A stretch of 60,580 nucleotides of DNA, counting the filler. It is 7 parts of 7 records of this genome, joined end to end, with 100 filler letters (N's around TTAATTAATTAA, not from the genome) between each part and the next. Parts side by side here need not be neighbours in the genome. Positions count along the whole stretch, not along the records: positions 10,265 to 22,584 come from SRR31156797_62835; positions 22,685 to 33,954 come from SRR31156797_62838; 5 more parts are not named here. One strand, 5' to 3'. Positions 10,265 through 22,724 of the stretch are shown here, piece after piece; position 1 is the first letter of the stretch, and every line of letters begins with the position of its first letter. The notes beneath the pieces were generated by a model that was not told the DNA's origin, ran no database searches, and saw nothing but the letters and a program-made list of their open reading frames with translations. The position numbers were made by a program, and so were the translations under genes.

Positions 10265-11318
10265 TGGCCAGCTCCCGCGCCTTCTCCTTCAGGACCTCGG
10301 CCCTGGGATCGGAAAGGGTGTAAACCGCATGGCCCATACCGTAGACCAGGCCCTTCTTGTCGAAGGCGTCCTTCATGATGATCTTGGTGAGATAAGCGGC
10401 TATCTCCTTCTCGCTGCCCCAGTCCTTTACGTTCTCCTTGATGTCATCCATCATGCGGGCCACCTGGATGTTCGCGCCTCCGTGGAGGGGCCCCTTCAGA
10501 GAACCGATGGCCGCGGCGATGGCGCTGTAGGTATCGGTTCCCGAGGAGGAGACCACGTGGGTCGAAAAAGCCGAGTTGTTACCGCCTCCATGCTCCGCGT
10601 GGAGCACCAGGGAAAGGTCCAGGATCTCAGCCTCGATGGGGGTGTACTTCTTGTCGGCCCTGATCATCCGCAAGAGGTTCTCGGCGGTGCTCAGCTTAGG
10701 ATCGGGCTGGTGGATGAACAGGCTCTTCCCCTTGTGGTAGTGGGCCTTGGCCTGGTAGCCGTAGGCCGCCATGATAGGCAGCTGGGCGATAAGCTGAACG
10801 CTCTGACGCAGGATGTTCTCCACCGATGCGTCCTCTGCGTTCTCATCATAGGAGTAAGCCGCCAGGACGCTCCGGGCCAGCTTGTTCATGATGTTGTTGC
10901 TGGGTGCCTTCAGGATCATATCCTCGGTGAACTGACCGGGCAGATCCCGAAAGTCCCCGATCCTCTCCTTGAAATCGGTCAGATCTCCCTCAGAGGGCAG
11001 ATAACCGAAGAGGAGGAGGAAGATCGTCTCTTCAAAACCGAAGCGCTTGTCATCCTGAAAACCGTTGGCAAGGTCTTTGACATCGATGCCGCGGTAACGG
11101 AGGACTCCGTTCACGGGCACCTTGTCCCCCTCCTCCATTATGTATCCGCGGACGTCCCCGATCTCGGTCAGTCCTACGAGCACACCCGTACCATCGGCAT
11201 TTCTCAGTCCCCGTTTGACATTGTACTTCTCATACAGATCGAGGGGGATCCTGTTATGGGTATCCATTATCCGTGAGTACTTCTTCAGAAACTGAACCTT
11301 CTTTTCACTTTTCGACAT
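10265..11318 (-). CDS. gltA: Citrate synthase (citrate/2-methylcitrate synthase family), 3' truncated
   Basis: LRYRG, LHAEHGGGNNS, GPLHGGAN, GMGHAVYTLSDPRA. Confidence 0.9.
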
Positions 11319-11333
11319 GCGCTGCTCTCCGTT

Positions 11334-12002
11334 TCAATCTATTTTTTCGTATAACAGTTCATATATGTTATGAGACTTCTCCCGTCCCTTCCGCTCGAAT
11401 TTCGTAAAGGGACGCCACTGCTGAGGTTCGGCGAATTCCTCATACCTGTTCTTCAGCATGCCCTGAGACCGGAAAACCTCCAGCATATGCTCTGCGTAGT
11501 TCTCCCAGTCGGTTACGGCGTAGATGTATCCGCCCGTTTTCAGCTTGGAGGCCAGAAGCTCCAGAAACTCTTTCTGTATGATCCGTCTCTTATGGTGCTT
11601 CTTCTTGGGCCAGGGGTCGGGAAAGAAGATATGAAATCCCGAGACGGAACGGTCCCGGACCATGTGCTTCAGGACCTCCACGGCATCGTGCTCGATCACC
11701 CTCAGGTTTTTGATGTCTTCTTTTTCAATCCTGTCCAGCAGCTTTCCTATGCCCGGTTTGTAGACCTCGATTCCCAGGTAGTTCTTATCGCCGTTCTCCA
11801 GCGCGATCTGATAGGTAGCGTCTCCCATGCCGAATCCGATCTCAATGACAAGCTCCTTTCCCGGGTCCTCCGGAATGGTTAGCCTCTCCTCGTAGGGATA
11901 GGAAAAGGTACTGTATAGCCTTTCATAAGCCGACTGCTGGGCGGGGCTCATCCTTCCGGCCCTCAGCACATAACTCTTTATGGTTCTTAACTTTTTATCC
12001 AT
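11334..12002 (-). CDS. trmB: tRNA (guanine-N7)-methyltransferase
   Basis: EIGFGMG, FPDPWPKKKHHKRR, TDWENYA, TKFERKG. Confidence 0.95.
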   Translation of the reverse strand: MDKKLRTIKSYVLRAGRMSPAQQSAYERLYSTFSYPYEERLTIPEDPGKELVIEIGFGMGDATYQIALENGDKNYLGIEVYKPGIGKLLDRIEKEDIKNLRVIEHDAVEVLKHMVRDRSVSGFHIFFPDPWPKKKHHKRRIIQKEFLELLASKLKTGGYIYAVTDWENYAEHMLEVFRSQGMLKNRYEEFAEPQQWRPFTKFERKGREKSHNIYELLYEKID

Positions 12003-12058
12003 AGGCTGAGTTTACCGGCAGTTCCGGGTTTAAGCAAGCTTGAACAGGGGCGGAGCTC

Positions 12059-12076
12059 TTTGTATATTTATACAAA
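12059..12076. promoter_or_regulatory. Perfect palindrome, candidate operator between trmB and the sensor kinase
   Basis: TTTGTATA-TT-TATACAAA; overlaps the -10 of TTGAAC-17-TATATT (+). Confidence 0.5.
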
Positions 12077-12187
12077 CAATTCCTGTTATTGTGAATTATT
12101 ATTCATACATTCCCGGTCTTGTCAAGTTTTCCCTCCCATTCGCCAACTGTACAAGCGTTTACTCCTGATGGTATAATCTTCCCAGCC

Positions 12188-14136
12188 ATGAGAACCCTTC
12201 CGCTAATTCTCTTTCTGACGTTCTCCTCTCTCCTTTCGGCAGATCATTTGCCGGGAGAACCGGTCTTCAGCGATTCCGAACTCCGGTACATAGAGGAAAA
12301 TCCTGCGATAAGCTACGGAATAGAAGGGAACATGCCTCCCGTGATCGAGGTCAAAAACGGGCGTCCCCGGGGGATCGTGCCGGATGTGATAGCCCTTCTG
12401 TCCTCCTATACGGGCATTGAGTTCAGAGCGGAGAACCTCGGGGAGGACGGCCTTCGCTTTATGGCGGATATCAACGATCCCGAGCTGGAAGGATATCTGT
12501 TCACCGATCCTTATATGAGCATCCCCTTCGTTATCATCTCCCGCAACTCCGAAAGGAGCTATATTGACGATATAGGCAGCTTCTCGGGCCACAGGGTGAT
12601 CGTCGTCGGAGGAACCCCTGCGGACCTTTACATGAAAACCCAACACCCCGGACTGGACTATCTGGAGGCGGGGAACGCTGAGGCGGCCTTCAAAGCCCTC
12701 CAGCTCTCCAGGGCCGACTTCCTGGTCACCAATATGATCGTGGCGGGTTACTTCACCAATCTTCCCGCCTACGGCTCTGCAAAGATCGTCGGAGAACTCT
12801 CCGGCAGGGCTGAGATCAGGATAGCCGTGGAATCCGGCGGAGAGGAACTGCTCTCCGTCCTGAACAAGGGCATAGACCTTATTCCCCGCTATCGGATCAC
12901 AGAGATCATCAACCGCTGGACCCTGATCCATAAAGAGACGGTCACGGATTACCTGCTGCTCATTCGGATATTGGGGGTGTTCCTTATCATCATCCTGATT
13001 ATCCTGATATGGAACAGAAAACTGAAAAAGGAGATAGAGGTCAGGAAGGAGTCCGAGAGAGCCCTCAAGCACAGCGAACTGAAGGCCCGGGAGGCGAAAG
13101 AGTTTTCCATAAAAGCCAGAAAGCGTGCCGAGAAGCTGGCTGTCATCGCCGAATCCGCCAGCCTGGCCAAGAGCCAGTTCGTAGCCAATATGTCCCACGA
13201 GATACGAACGCCCCTCAGCTCTATCATCGGCTTCTCCGAACTCATGGAAGATACTGAACTGGACCAGACCCAGGAACAGTACCTCGACTCCATCAGGATA
13301 TCGGCGGAGGTACTGCTCAATCTTATCAATGAGATCCTCGACCTGTCGAAGATAGAGGCGGGCAAGATGGAGCTCCATCCCAAGGCGGTCTCCGTCTCCC
13401 GGCTTTTCAGGGAGATGGAGGTCCTGTTCAGGCAGAGGGCCGATAGGGTGGGCCTGACCCTTCTTTTCGAGCGGAGGGACATCGATGGCGCCGAGTATCT
13501 GCTGGACAGCCTCAGGCTGGAGCAGGTTCTGATCAACCTCATAGGGAACGCCCTGAAATTTACCGAAGAGGGTTCGGTCACCGTCTCGGTATCGGGTACC
13601 CCCGACGGGGACGGATTGTCCATATCCGTCAAGGATACGGGCATCGGCATCCATGAGGATCAGATCAACAGGATCTTCAACCTCTTCGAGCAATCGGAGA
13701 ATCAGGATACGAGGAAGTTCGGAGGGACGGGCCTGGGACTGGGCATAAGCAGCCGGCTCGTAAAGCTGATGGGCGGCAGGCTCAGCGTCAGGAGCCGTCC
13801 CGGGGAAGGGAGCTGTTTCACCGTGGATCTGCCCGAGCTCAAAAGGCTCTCAGCCGGAGTCGTCCCATCGGAAGGGACCGGTTCGGCCCCGCTCTCCGAC
13901 GCGGACACCCGTCCGGTCGGGGGTTTTGATCCTCCGGATGGCTGGAAAGAGCTTATGAACAGCGGGGATCCCGAAAGGATCATCGATTTCTGTATCCGCG
14001 AGTCCGGACGGCCGGACGTCCCCGGCCCGCTGAAGGCCGAACTGACGCTCCTCCGCAAGGCGGCGGAGGAGTACGATCCGGCGAAGATACAGAGCGCCTT
14101 CGAAAGGATAAACAGAATGACAGGGAGAGGGGCCCT

Positions 14137-14140
<4 letters not shown>
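12188..14140 (+). CDS. Sensor histidine kinase with periplasmic solute-binding (PBPb-like) input
   Basis: Signal peptide, PBP-like domain, [38 protein letters not shown]. Confidence 0.9.
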
Positions 14141-15184
<1,044 letters not shown>

Positions 15185-15201
<17 letters not shown>

Positions 15202-18200
15202 GCTTCTCTCTCAGGAACTCCGACTTCTCTTCCAGACCGATCTTTCCCGTCTCTATGATCAGCCGTTCGGGATGGGCCGGATCCAGCTTGACCTGTCCGG
15301 AAGACTTGACGATCATCTGCATGATCTTGTCCACCGATATAATGGCTACCTTGCCGAAATCGATATAGACGCTTCCCCTTCTCTCCTTGAGTGCGGAAAT
15401 CCAGAGCCTGCGGCAGATGATCCTGATCTCCGAAAGGGCCATAAGGCTCTCCACCTCGTCTGGCAAAGGTCCGAAGCGATCGTAGAGCTCGGCGTAGATC
15501 TTCTCCTGATCCTCCTTGGCCACGATGGAGGCGATCTTCTTGTAGACCTCCATCTTCTCCGTGGGATCGGTGATATAGCTGTCGGGGATGAATCCCGTAT
15601 AGTCCAGCTCCAGATAGACATCCGGCGCTTCCTCTTCCTTCTCCTCTCCGCTGCGCTCCTGGATGGCCTCTTCCAGCAGCCTGAGATACATATCGAATCC
15701 GACGGCCATGATCTCCCCGGACTGCTCGCTGCCCAATAGGTTTCCCGCTCCCCGGACCTCCATGTCTTTCATAGCGATCTTGAATCCCGATCCCAGTTCG
15801 GTGAAATCGGAGATGATCTGAAGCCGCTTCATGGCGATCTCCGACAGGGCCCTGTTCTCCGGATAGAGGAGGTAGGCGTAGGCCAGGCGCTCGCTCCGGC
15901 CCACCCTGCCGCGCAGCTGATAGAGCTGGCTGATGCCGTACATGTCGGCCCGGTCGATGATGATGGTGTTGACGTTGGGAATATCGATACCGTTCTCCAC
16001 GATGGTGGTGGACACCAGCACCTGAAAGGCGCCGCCGATGAAGCGGTGCATGATCTCTTCCAGCTCCTTGCTGGTCATCTTGCCGTGGGCGATCTCCACG
16101 AAGACCTCGGGGACCAGCTCCTGCAGGAAGAGCTGTATGCTCTCCAGACTCTCCACACGGTTATGAAGGAAGAACACCTGCCCTCCCCGGTCCACCTCGC
16201 GCCTGATGGCGCGGGCTACCGTGTCCGGATCAAACTCCTGTATAAACGTTTCGATGGGCCTTCTGTTCTTGGGCGCCGTCTTCAGCACCGACATGTCCCG
16301 GATCTTTACCATGGACATATGGAGGGTACGGGGAATGGGGGTGGCCGAAAGGGTCAGGCAGTCGATGTTGGTCTTCATCTCCTTCAGCCTCTCCTTGTCC
16401 TTGACCCCGAACCTCTGTTCCTCGTCGATGATCATCAGCCCCAGATTCCTGAACCTGATATCCTTGGAAAGGATCCTGTGAGTACCGATCAGAAGGTCGA
16501 TCTCCCCCGCCTCCAGACGCTTGATCACATCGCTCTGATCCGCCCTTTTGACAAAGCGGGACAGCATGGCGATGCGGATGGGAAAGCGCTTGAACCGGTC
16601 CCTGAAGTTTTCGAAGTGCTGTTCCGCCAATATGGTCGTCGGGCAGAGAAAGGCCACCTGGCGACCGCCCATAACACCCTTGAAGGCGGCCCGCATGGCG
16701 ATCTCGGTCTTGCCGTAGCCCACGTCGCCGCAGACCAGGCGGTCCATGGGACGGGGGGACTCCATATCCTCTTTGATCTCCGACACCGCCTGGAGCTGGT
16801 CGTTCGTCTCCTGATAGGGGAAAGAGGCCTCGAACTCCACCTGAAAGTCGTCGTCCCGGGGGAAGCTGTAGCCCCTGGCGGTCTGACGGCGGGCGTAGAG
16901 TTTGACCAGACGGTCCGCCAGATCCTCCACCGACTTGCGGACCTTCTTCTTCTTGTTGTCCCAGGTCTTGCCCCCGATCTTGTCCAGCCGGGGATTCTGA
17001 CTGTCCTTCCCGATATACCTCTGGATCAGATTGACCTGCTCGATGGGAACGAAAATGGTATCCTCTCCGGCGTACACCAACGATATATAGTCCCTCTCGT
17101 TTCCGGCGGCCTTGATCCTTTCGATGCCTTTGAACAGGCCTATCCCGTAGTTCACATGGACCACGTGGTCCCCGGGATTCAGGTCCACAAAGGAGTCGAT
17201 CACCTCGCTCTTGGCCTTCTTGACTGAGGCGGGGGCCTTCTTCCGACGGCCGAAGATCTCGTTCTCCTGGATAACCATGATCCTGTCGTCGGGCAGGTAG
17301 AAGCCTCCGGAGATGCTCTGGGGGATCAGGACGGGCTCGAACTCTCTGAGCATGTAGGCGATCCTGTCGGACTGGGATTCGGATTCGGCGAAGATGAAGA
17401 TCTTCCTGCCCTGATCCCGGTAGTTGGCCATCTCCTCCTTCAGATAGTTGATGTTGCCGAAAAAGGAGTGTCCCGGATCGGATGTGAAGGCGATGTTATC
17501 GCCCCCGTTCTCGCTGCTCAGGCTATGGGTGCGGAAGGATTTCCTGTGTCTGGGGAGAAACTCTCCCAGGCTGCCCTGGATACGGGAGGGCTCGGGGACC
17601 TTGAACCCCTGCTCGACGGCCCGCAGATAGAGTTCGTCGTACTCCTGGCTCAGATGCTGTTCCACGGCATTCAGATTCTCCAGGTCCACGGCGAACAGAA
17701 GGGCGTCCTCTTTGAAATAGTCCAGAAGGCAGGCGGGCTCGTCGAAGGCCAGGGGATAGAGAAGCTCCTCACCCCTCAGCTCTCCCTTGATGCTCAGAGC
17801 CTCGACCACGTCATCCGAGCCGGAAAGGTTCCGGCTCAGACACTCCAGCCTCTCCTCGTCCCAGATAACCTCTTTGGTGGGATAGAGCTCCACCCCGTCC
17901 AGGCTCTCGCCCGAGGCCTGTGTAACGGGATCGAAGTACTTTATCTCCTCGATCTCATCAAACTCGAACACGACCCTGACCGCATCCCTGTCGCCGGGCA
18001 TGTAGATATCCAGGACCTCTCCCCTCAGGGCGAACTCACCGGCCACCGTCACCCGGGGCACCCGGAGATAGGCGAACTCCTGAAGCTTTTTCTCCAGAGC
18101 CGCCGTATCGATCTCGTCCCCCGGCTTCAGGGAGATGACCGATCTCATCAGAGAATCCGAGGGAGGCAGATAGGAGAGAAAGGAACGGAGGGAGGCGACG

Positions 18201-18562
18201 AACACGGTCCCGTCCTCTTTGCCCATGGACAAGAGGGTATTGACCCGCCTTCCGAAAATGGCCGCCTGGGGAGAGACGCCCTTGTAGACCATGGTCCCCC
18301 ACCAGGGGAAGAGGCTGACCCTGTCGTGGAAGACAGACAGGTCCCGGACCATCTCCTGGGCCTCGCTCTCGCTGCCGGTCAGAACCAGCACGTTCCTGTC
18401 CCCCAGCTCCCGTACCCTGGCGATCAGGGCCGCAAGATAATTCCCCCTGACCCCCGAAAGCTCTATGGGCCAGGCGCCGCCGTTCATCCTGTCCAGCAGC
18501 TGCCGGTAGGAGTCGTTTTCAGTGAAATGCTCTCTTATTGTATTTTGATATAATGTAATCAT
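15185..18562 (-). CDS. mfd: Transcription-repair coupling factor
   Basis: UvrB-like N-terminus, RID (VVHVNYGIG), CGDVGYGKT, DEEQRFGV, SATPIPRTL, QLRGRVGR, TRCF C-terminus. Confidence 0.97.
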
Positions 18563-18606
18563 GAACTAAAACCGAAAATATTAAAAAGATTATTGCGGGA
18601 GACCCC

Positions 18607-19554
18607 ATGTCCAGATTGCGTTTCTATATTGCACTTCTGCTCACGTTCTGTACCGCTCTGTCAGCCTGGGCTGCAGATCCGGTATTCAGCATAAGGTATT
18701 ATAATAAGAAAATCTATTACCCCGAAAGTTCTATTCAGCTTAAAGTGCTGCTCTCCAATCCCGGAAGCGAGTCCCTGAGCTTCAGGATAGCCGACAACAG
18801 AACCTATAACTTCCTGTTCAGCCTGAAAACTCTCAAAAACGAGACAATCCCCCCTTCCCGGGAGTACCTGGTCAACTACGACCGGAACGAACCGGCCTAT
18901 TACAGGATGATCACCCTGGAGCCGGGAGAGGAGTTCGGCTTCATCGTGGACCTCTCCGATTTCGTGGACGCGGTGGAGCCGGGGGTTTACGTGCTGGACG
19001 CCCTGTTCTTCCCCGAACTGAAAAACAGGGAGGCCGGCACGGGCATCTCATCCAACAACCTCTCCCTGACCATACGGCCCGGCTCCTATGACACGGTCTA
19101 CCGCGACAGCATCGACGTGGAGAGCGGCGAGATCCTGTCGGCCGTGCAGATGGCTCCGGACGAGGTCGTGGACTACATGATCAGCGGCAGACAGAAGAAT
19201 CAGTGGAACAAGTTCTTCCTTTATCTGGATCTCCGGGAGATCCTTCTTCAGAACAGCGCCGTGCGCCGCCAGTTCGAAAGGCTGTCCCTCGAAGAGCAGA
19301 AAGCCGAGGTCGAGCTCTACAGGGAGAACCTGATGAGCGGAAAGGTGCCGGAAAACAAGGCGATCGTCGATATTCCCTCAGATTATGATATATTGAAGAC
19401 AAGCTATACGAACCATGAGGCCACCGTCGTTGTAAGAGAGGTCTTTCAGAATACGGGTTTCCGCGAGATCAAGCGCTACACCTACTACCTGCACCGTAAT
19501 GAAAACGTCTGGAAGATTTACCGTTACGAAGTCAAAAACATAGGAACCGAATGA
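18607..19554 (+). CDS. Hypothetical exported protein
   Basis: Signal peptide (..SAWA); beta-rich N-domain; no family recognised. Confidence 0.7.
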   Translation: MSRLRFYIALLLTFCTALSAWAADPVFSIRYYNKKIYYPESSIQLKVLLSNPGSESLSFRIADNRTYNFLFSLKTLKNETIPPSREYLVNYDRNEPAYYRMITLEPGEEFGFIVDLSDFVDAVEPGVYVLDALFFPELKNREAGTGISSNNLSLTIRPGSYDTVYRDSIDVESGEILSAVQMAPDEVVDYMISGRQKNQWNKFFLYLDLREILLQNSAVRRQFERLSLEEQKAEVELYRENLMSGKVPENKAIVDIPSDYDILKTSYTNHEATVVVREVFQNTGFREIKRYTYYLHRNENVWKIYRYEVKNIGTE

Positions 19555-20246
19555 TGAAGATTCTGCTTATATCCGGCGACACGCCCACCGCCTCCAGGAT
19601 TAACCGCCATTTCACGCCTGCGGGCTACGGCTTTATTCACTACAGGAACCCCCTGAAGGCCATGGACAACTACAGGGAGATCCGTCCCGACGTGGTCCTC
19701 TTCCACAAGAGCGAGTTCCCCCGGCACTGGAAACTGGCCGTCAAGTTCCTGAGGGAGCTGTACAACAGAGACAATTCCATATTCATTCTGATCTCTGACG
19801 ACGATTTCCAGGATGAGGACGTCCATAAGGCCCATTTCCTCGGGGTCAACGGGATCATGCCCGCCGACGGCTCTATGGAGTCTCTGGAATCGATGATCCT
19901 CCGCTACAAGGTCGCGCCGGACGTGAGGAAGTCGCAGCATCTGGTACCGGTTGTGGACGATAAGCTGAAGCTTATGTTTATGAACCCCTCCAACCTGCAG
20001 CTGATCACCGCCCATGTCCTGGAGATCTCCGTTCAGGGCGCGGTGCTCAAGGTGGACGAGGGATACAAGGGGACCGGACTGGAAGAGGGCACGGTGCTCA
20101 AGCACTGCTCCCTGAACACGGCCGACGGCATCGTCGATCTGGATGTGCGGATCCAGAGCGCCGGCTCCATCATGGAGGTACGCTTCCTGGACGGCATGCC
20201 CGAATGGCGGAACAACGTGCAGGAGTATATCAAGGCTCTTTCCTGA
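19551..20246 (+). CDS. Degenerate REC-like domain + PilZ-like domain protein
   Basis: Receiver-like N-terminus without the canonical Asp; C-terminal RKSQH..EISVQG resembling PilZ RxxxR/DxSxxG. Confidence 0.6.
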   Translation: MMKILLISGDTPTASRINRHFTPAGYGFIHYRNPLKAMDNYREIRPDVVLFHKSEFPRHWKLAVKFLRELYNRDNSIFILISDDDFQDEDVHKAHFLGVNGIMPADGSMESLESMILRYKVAPDVRKSQHLVPVVDDKLKLMFMNPSNLQLITAHVLEISVQGAVLKVDEGYKGTGLEEGTVLKHCSLNTADGIVDLDVRIQSAGSIMEVRFLDGMPEWRNNVQEYIKALS

Positions 20247-20287
20247 CCTGCGGTTTGTACGAAAGACGGGATTATCCGAACCTAATC

Positions 20288-20316
20288 TTAACAAAACTAC
20301 CTAATCTCATTAGAAT
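20288..20316 (+). promoter_or_regulatory. Sigma70-type promoter of metK
   Basis: TTAACA-17 nt-TAGAAT, then GGAGG RBS and GTG start. Confidence 0.5.
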
Positions 20317-20345
20317 GGTCAGTGAATAACACGGAGGCATATTAA

Positions 20346-21503
20346 GTGAATTTAAGAGATACATATCAGTTTACATCTGAGAGCGTAGGCGAGGGACACC
20401 CCGACAAGGTCTGCGACCTGATATCGGACGCCGTTCTCGACCGGGCCCTGGAGCAGGATCCCGAATCCCGTGTGGCCTGCGAGTGCTTCGCTTCCACCGG
20501 AATGATTCTGGTGGGCGGCGAGATCACCACCAAGGGCTATATCGATTTTATCCAGGTGGCCAGGGACACCCTGAAGGATATCGGATATGACGATCCCACA
20601 TACGGAATCGACTATCACTCCTTCTCCGTCCTGTCCGCCATCAAGCCCCAATCCACCGACATAAGCCAGGGCGTCACCGCCGGCGAGGGCCTGCACAAGG
20701 AGCAGGGGGCCGGAGACCAGGGCATCATGTTCGGTTACGCCTGTCGGGACACGGAAGCGCTGATGCCCGCTCCCATCCAGTTCTCCCACCAGATCATGAA
20801 GAGGGCTTCGGAGGTCAGAAAGAACAGGGTTCTCGATTTCCTGAGACCCGACGGCAAGTGCCAGGTCACCGTCGACTATGTGGACGGCAAGCCCGCCCAT
20901 ATCCCCACGGTCGTCCTCAGCCACCAGCACAACGAGATCGCCCACTCAGTGATCGAAGAGGGACTGATCGAAGAGGTCATCAAGAAGGCCCTCCCCGCCG
21001 AACTCCTTTCGGACAAGACGGTCTACCATGTGAATCCCACGGGTAACTTCGTCATCGGAGGCCCCGAGGGAGACGCCGGTCTGACCGGAAGAAAGATCAT
21101 CGTCGACACCTACGGCGGCGCCGCCGCTCACGGCGGAGGAGCCTTCTCCGGAAAGGACCCCTCCAAGGTAGACCGCTCTGCCGCCTATATGGCCCGCTAC
21201 ATCGCCAAGAACCTGGTCGCCGCCGGCTACGCCGACCGCTGTCAGATCCAGCTGGCCTATGCCATCGGCGTCGCCGAGCCCGTCTCTCTGTACATAGACA
21301 CCTTCGGCGAGGGCAAGCTCCCCGAGAAGGAGATGGAGGCCATCGTGCGCAGGGAGTTCGACCTGACCCCCGCGGGCATCATCCGGACCTTCGATCTCAA
21401 GCGGCCCATCTACTACCCCACGGCAGCCTACGGCCACTTCGGAAGGTCCACCTTCCCCTGGGAGTCTCTGGACAAGGTTGACGCCCTGAAAAAAAGCTTA
21501 TAA
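20346..21503 (+). CDS. metK: S-adenosylmethionine synthetase
   Basis: [46 protein letters not shown]. Confidence 0.98.
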   Translation: MNLRDTYQFTSESVGEGHPDKVCDLISDAVLDRALEQDPESRVACECFASTGMILVGGEITTKGYIDFIQVARDTLKDIGYDDPTYGIDYHSFSVLSAIKPQSTDISQGVTAGEGLHKEQGAGDQGIMFGYACRDTEALMPAPIQFSHQIMKRASEVRKNRVLDFLRPDGKCQVTVDYVDGKPAHIPTVVLSHQHNEIAHSVIEEGLIEEVIKKALPAELLSDKTVYHVNPTGNFVIGGPEGDAGLTGRKIIVDTYGGAAAHGGGAFSGKDPSKVDRSAAYMARYIAKNLVAAGYADRCQIQLAYAIGVAEPVSLYIDTFGEGKLPEKEMEAIVRREFDLTPAGIIRTFDLKRPIYYPTAAYGHFGRSTFPWESLDKVDALKKSL

Positions 21504-21511
21504 TAGAAGGT

Positions 21512-22513
21512 ATGAGCAAGGGGACGGATAGGTCTGAGTCCCCCTTCTTCCGCTCGCGGGAAGAGGGGAAATGGCTCTGCCTGCTCTGTCCCCACGGCTG
21601 TCTCCTTTCCGAAGGGGGCAGCGGCCTTTGCCGGGTCCGCAAGGCCTTCCCCGACGGCATACGCGGCCCCGAGCGTCCGGTCACCGTCATCGCCGCGGAC
21701 CCTGTGGAGAAGAAACCCTTCTACCATTTCCTTCCCGGCAGCATGACCCTCTCCCTCGGCTTCGCCGGATGCAACCTGCGCTGCCCCTTCTGCCAGAACC
21801 ACGAGCTAGTGGACAGCAGGGTCTACCGGCAGGATCTGAGCCCCGAGAGGATCGTCCGCCTGGCCCTTGAAGAGGGCCTGCCCTCGGTCTCATACACCTA
21901 CTCCGAACCCCTTGTCCATATCGAGTTCCTCATAGAGCTCTCGACACAACTCCGCAAAGAGGGCATCAAGACCCTATTGATCACGAACGGATGCATCAAT
22001 CCCGGCCCGGGCTCCCTGCTCCTGGAGCATCTGGACGGGGTGAAAGTGGACCTGAAGAGTTTCAATCCCCTCTGGTACAGGGAGGAACTGGGAGGTGATC
22101 TGGACGCGGTCAAGGGCTTCATCCGCCTGGCAGCCGCATCATCCGCCCACCTGGAGGTGGTGACCCTCGTCGTACCCGGCCGGAACGACAGCCTCGATGA
22201 GATCGGCCGCTCCGCAGCCTTCCTGGCCGGTCTGGACAGGGGCATACCCTATCACCTTTCGGCTTACTTTCCCCGCCACCGTTACAGCGTCCCCCCCACG
22301 GGGGCCGAGAGCCTCCTCAGCCTGAAAAAAAGGGCCTCCGAATACCTGGACTTCGTCTACACAGGGAATCTCGGCATGCCGGAGAGCACCCTCTGCCCCT
22401 CCTGCGGGACTGAGCTGATTAAGCGGGATTATCGCTCGGCCGTCTCACTGATAAGCGAGAACACATGCCCCGGATGCGGCGCACATGTCCCCGGATTTTT
22501 CAAAGGCTGTTGA
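21512..22513 (+). CDS. amrS: AmmeMemoRadiSam-type radical SAM enzyme
   Basis: CLLCPHGC..GLCRVR, DPVEKKPFYHF, GCNLRCPFCQN, YTYSEP, C-terminal CPSCG/CPGCG. Confidence 0.88.
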   Translation: MSKGTDRSESPFFRSREEGKWLCLLCPHGCLLSEGGSGLCRVRKAFPDGIRGPERPVTVIAADPVEKKPFYHFLPGSMTLSLGFAGCNLRCPFCQNHELVDSRVYRQDLSPERIVRLALEEGLPSVSYTYSEPLVHIEFLIELSTQLRKEGIKTLLITNGCINPGPGSLLLEHLDGVKVDLKSFNPLWYREELGGDLDAVKGFIRLAAASSAHLEVVTLVVPGRNDSLDEIGRSAAFLAGLDRGIPYHLSAYFPRHRYSVPPTGAESLLSLKKRASEYLDFVYTGNLGMPESTLCPSCGTELIKRDYRSAVSLISENTCPGCGAHVPGFFKGC

Positions 22514-22538
22514 CAGTTTTTTCCAACTCTAGTATAGT
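22510..22538 (+). promoter_or_regulatory. Sigma70 promoter of the tRNA gene
   Basis: TTGACA-17 nt-TATAGT; the -35 overlaps the amrS stop codon. Confidence 0.75.
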
Positions 22539-22554
22539 CCTTGAACGTAAACGA

Positions 22555-22584
22555 TCCCCTGTAGCTCAGTCGGTAGAGCGGGTG
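22555..22584 (+). tRNA. 5' part of a tRNA, probably tRNA-Asn (anticodon lost in the gap)
   Basis: TCCCCTG-TAGCTCAGTCGGTAGAGCG-GGTG: acceptor 5' strand and D-arm; identity inferred from the acceptor stem only. Confidence 0.8.
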
Positions 22585-22684
22585 NNNNNNNNNNNNNNNN
22601 NNNNNNNNNNNNNNNNNNNNNNNNNNNNTTAATTAATTAANNNNNNNNNNNNNNNNNNNNNNNNNNNNNNNNNNNNNNNNNNNN
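22585..22684. other. Artificial contig-joining spacer
   Basis: N44-TTAATTAATTAA-N44. Confidence 0.98.
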
Positions 22685-22724
22685 GACGGACCCGCGCCGG
22701 GAATCGAAGAGAGAAGGAAAAACC

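Noticed and set aside
20247..20345. SAM riboswitch upstream of metK
   Set aside because: The region is short, contains the promoter, and lacks SAM-I core sequences
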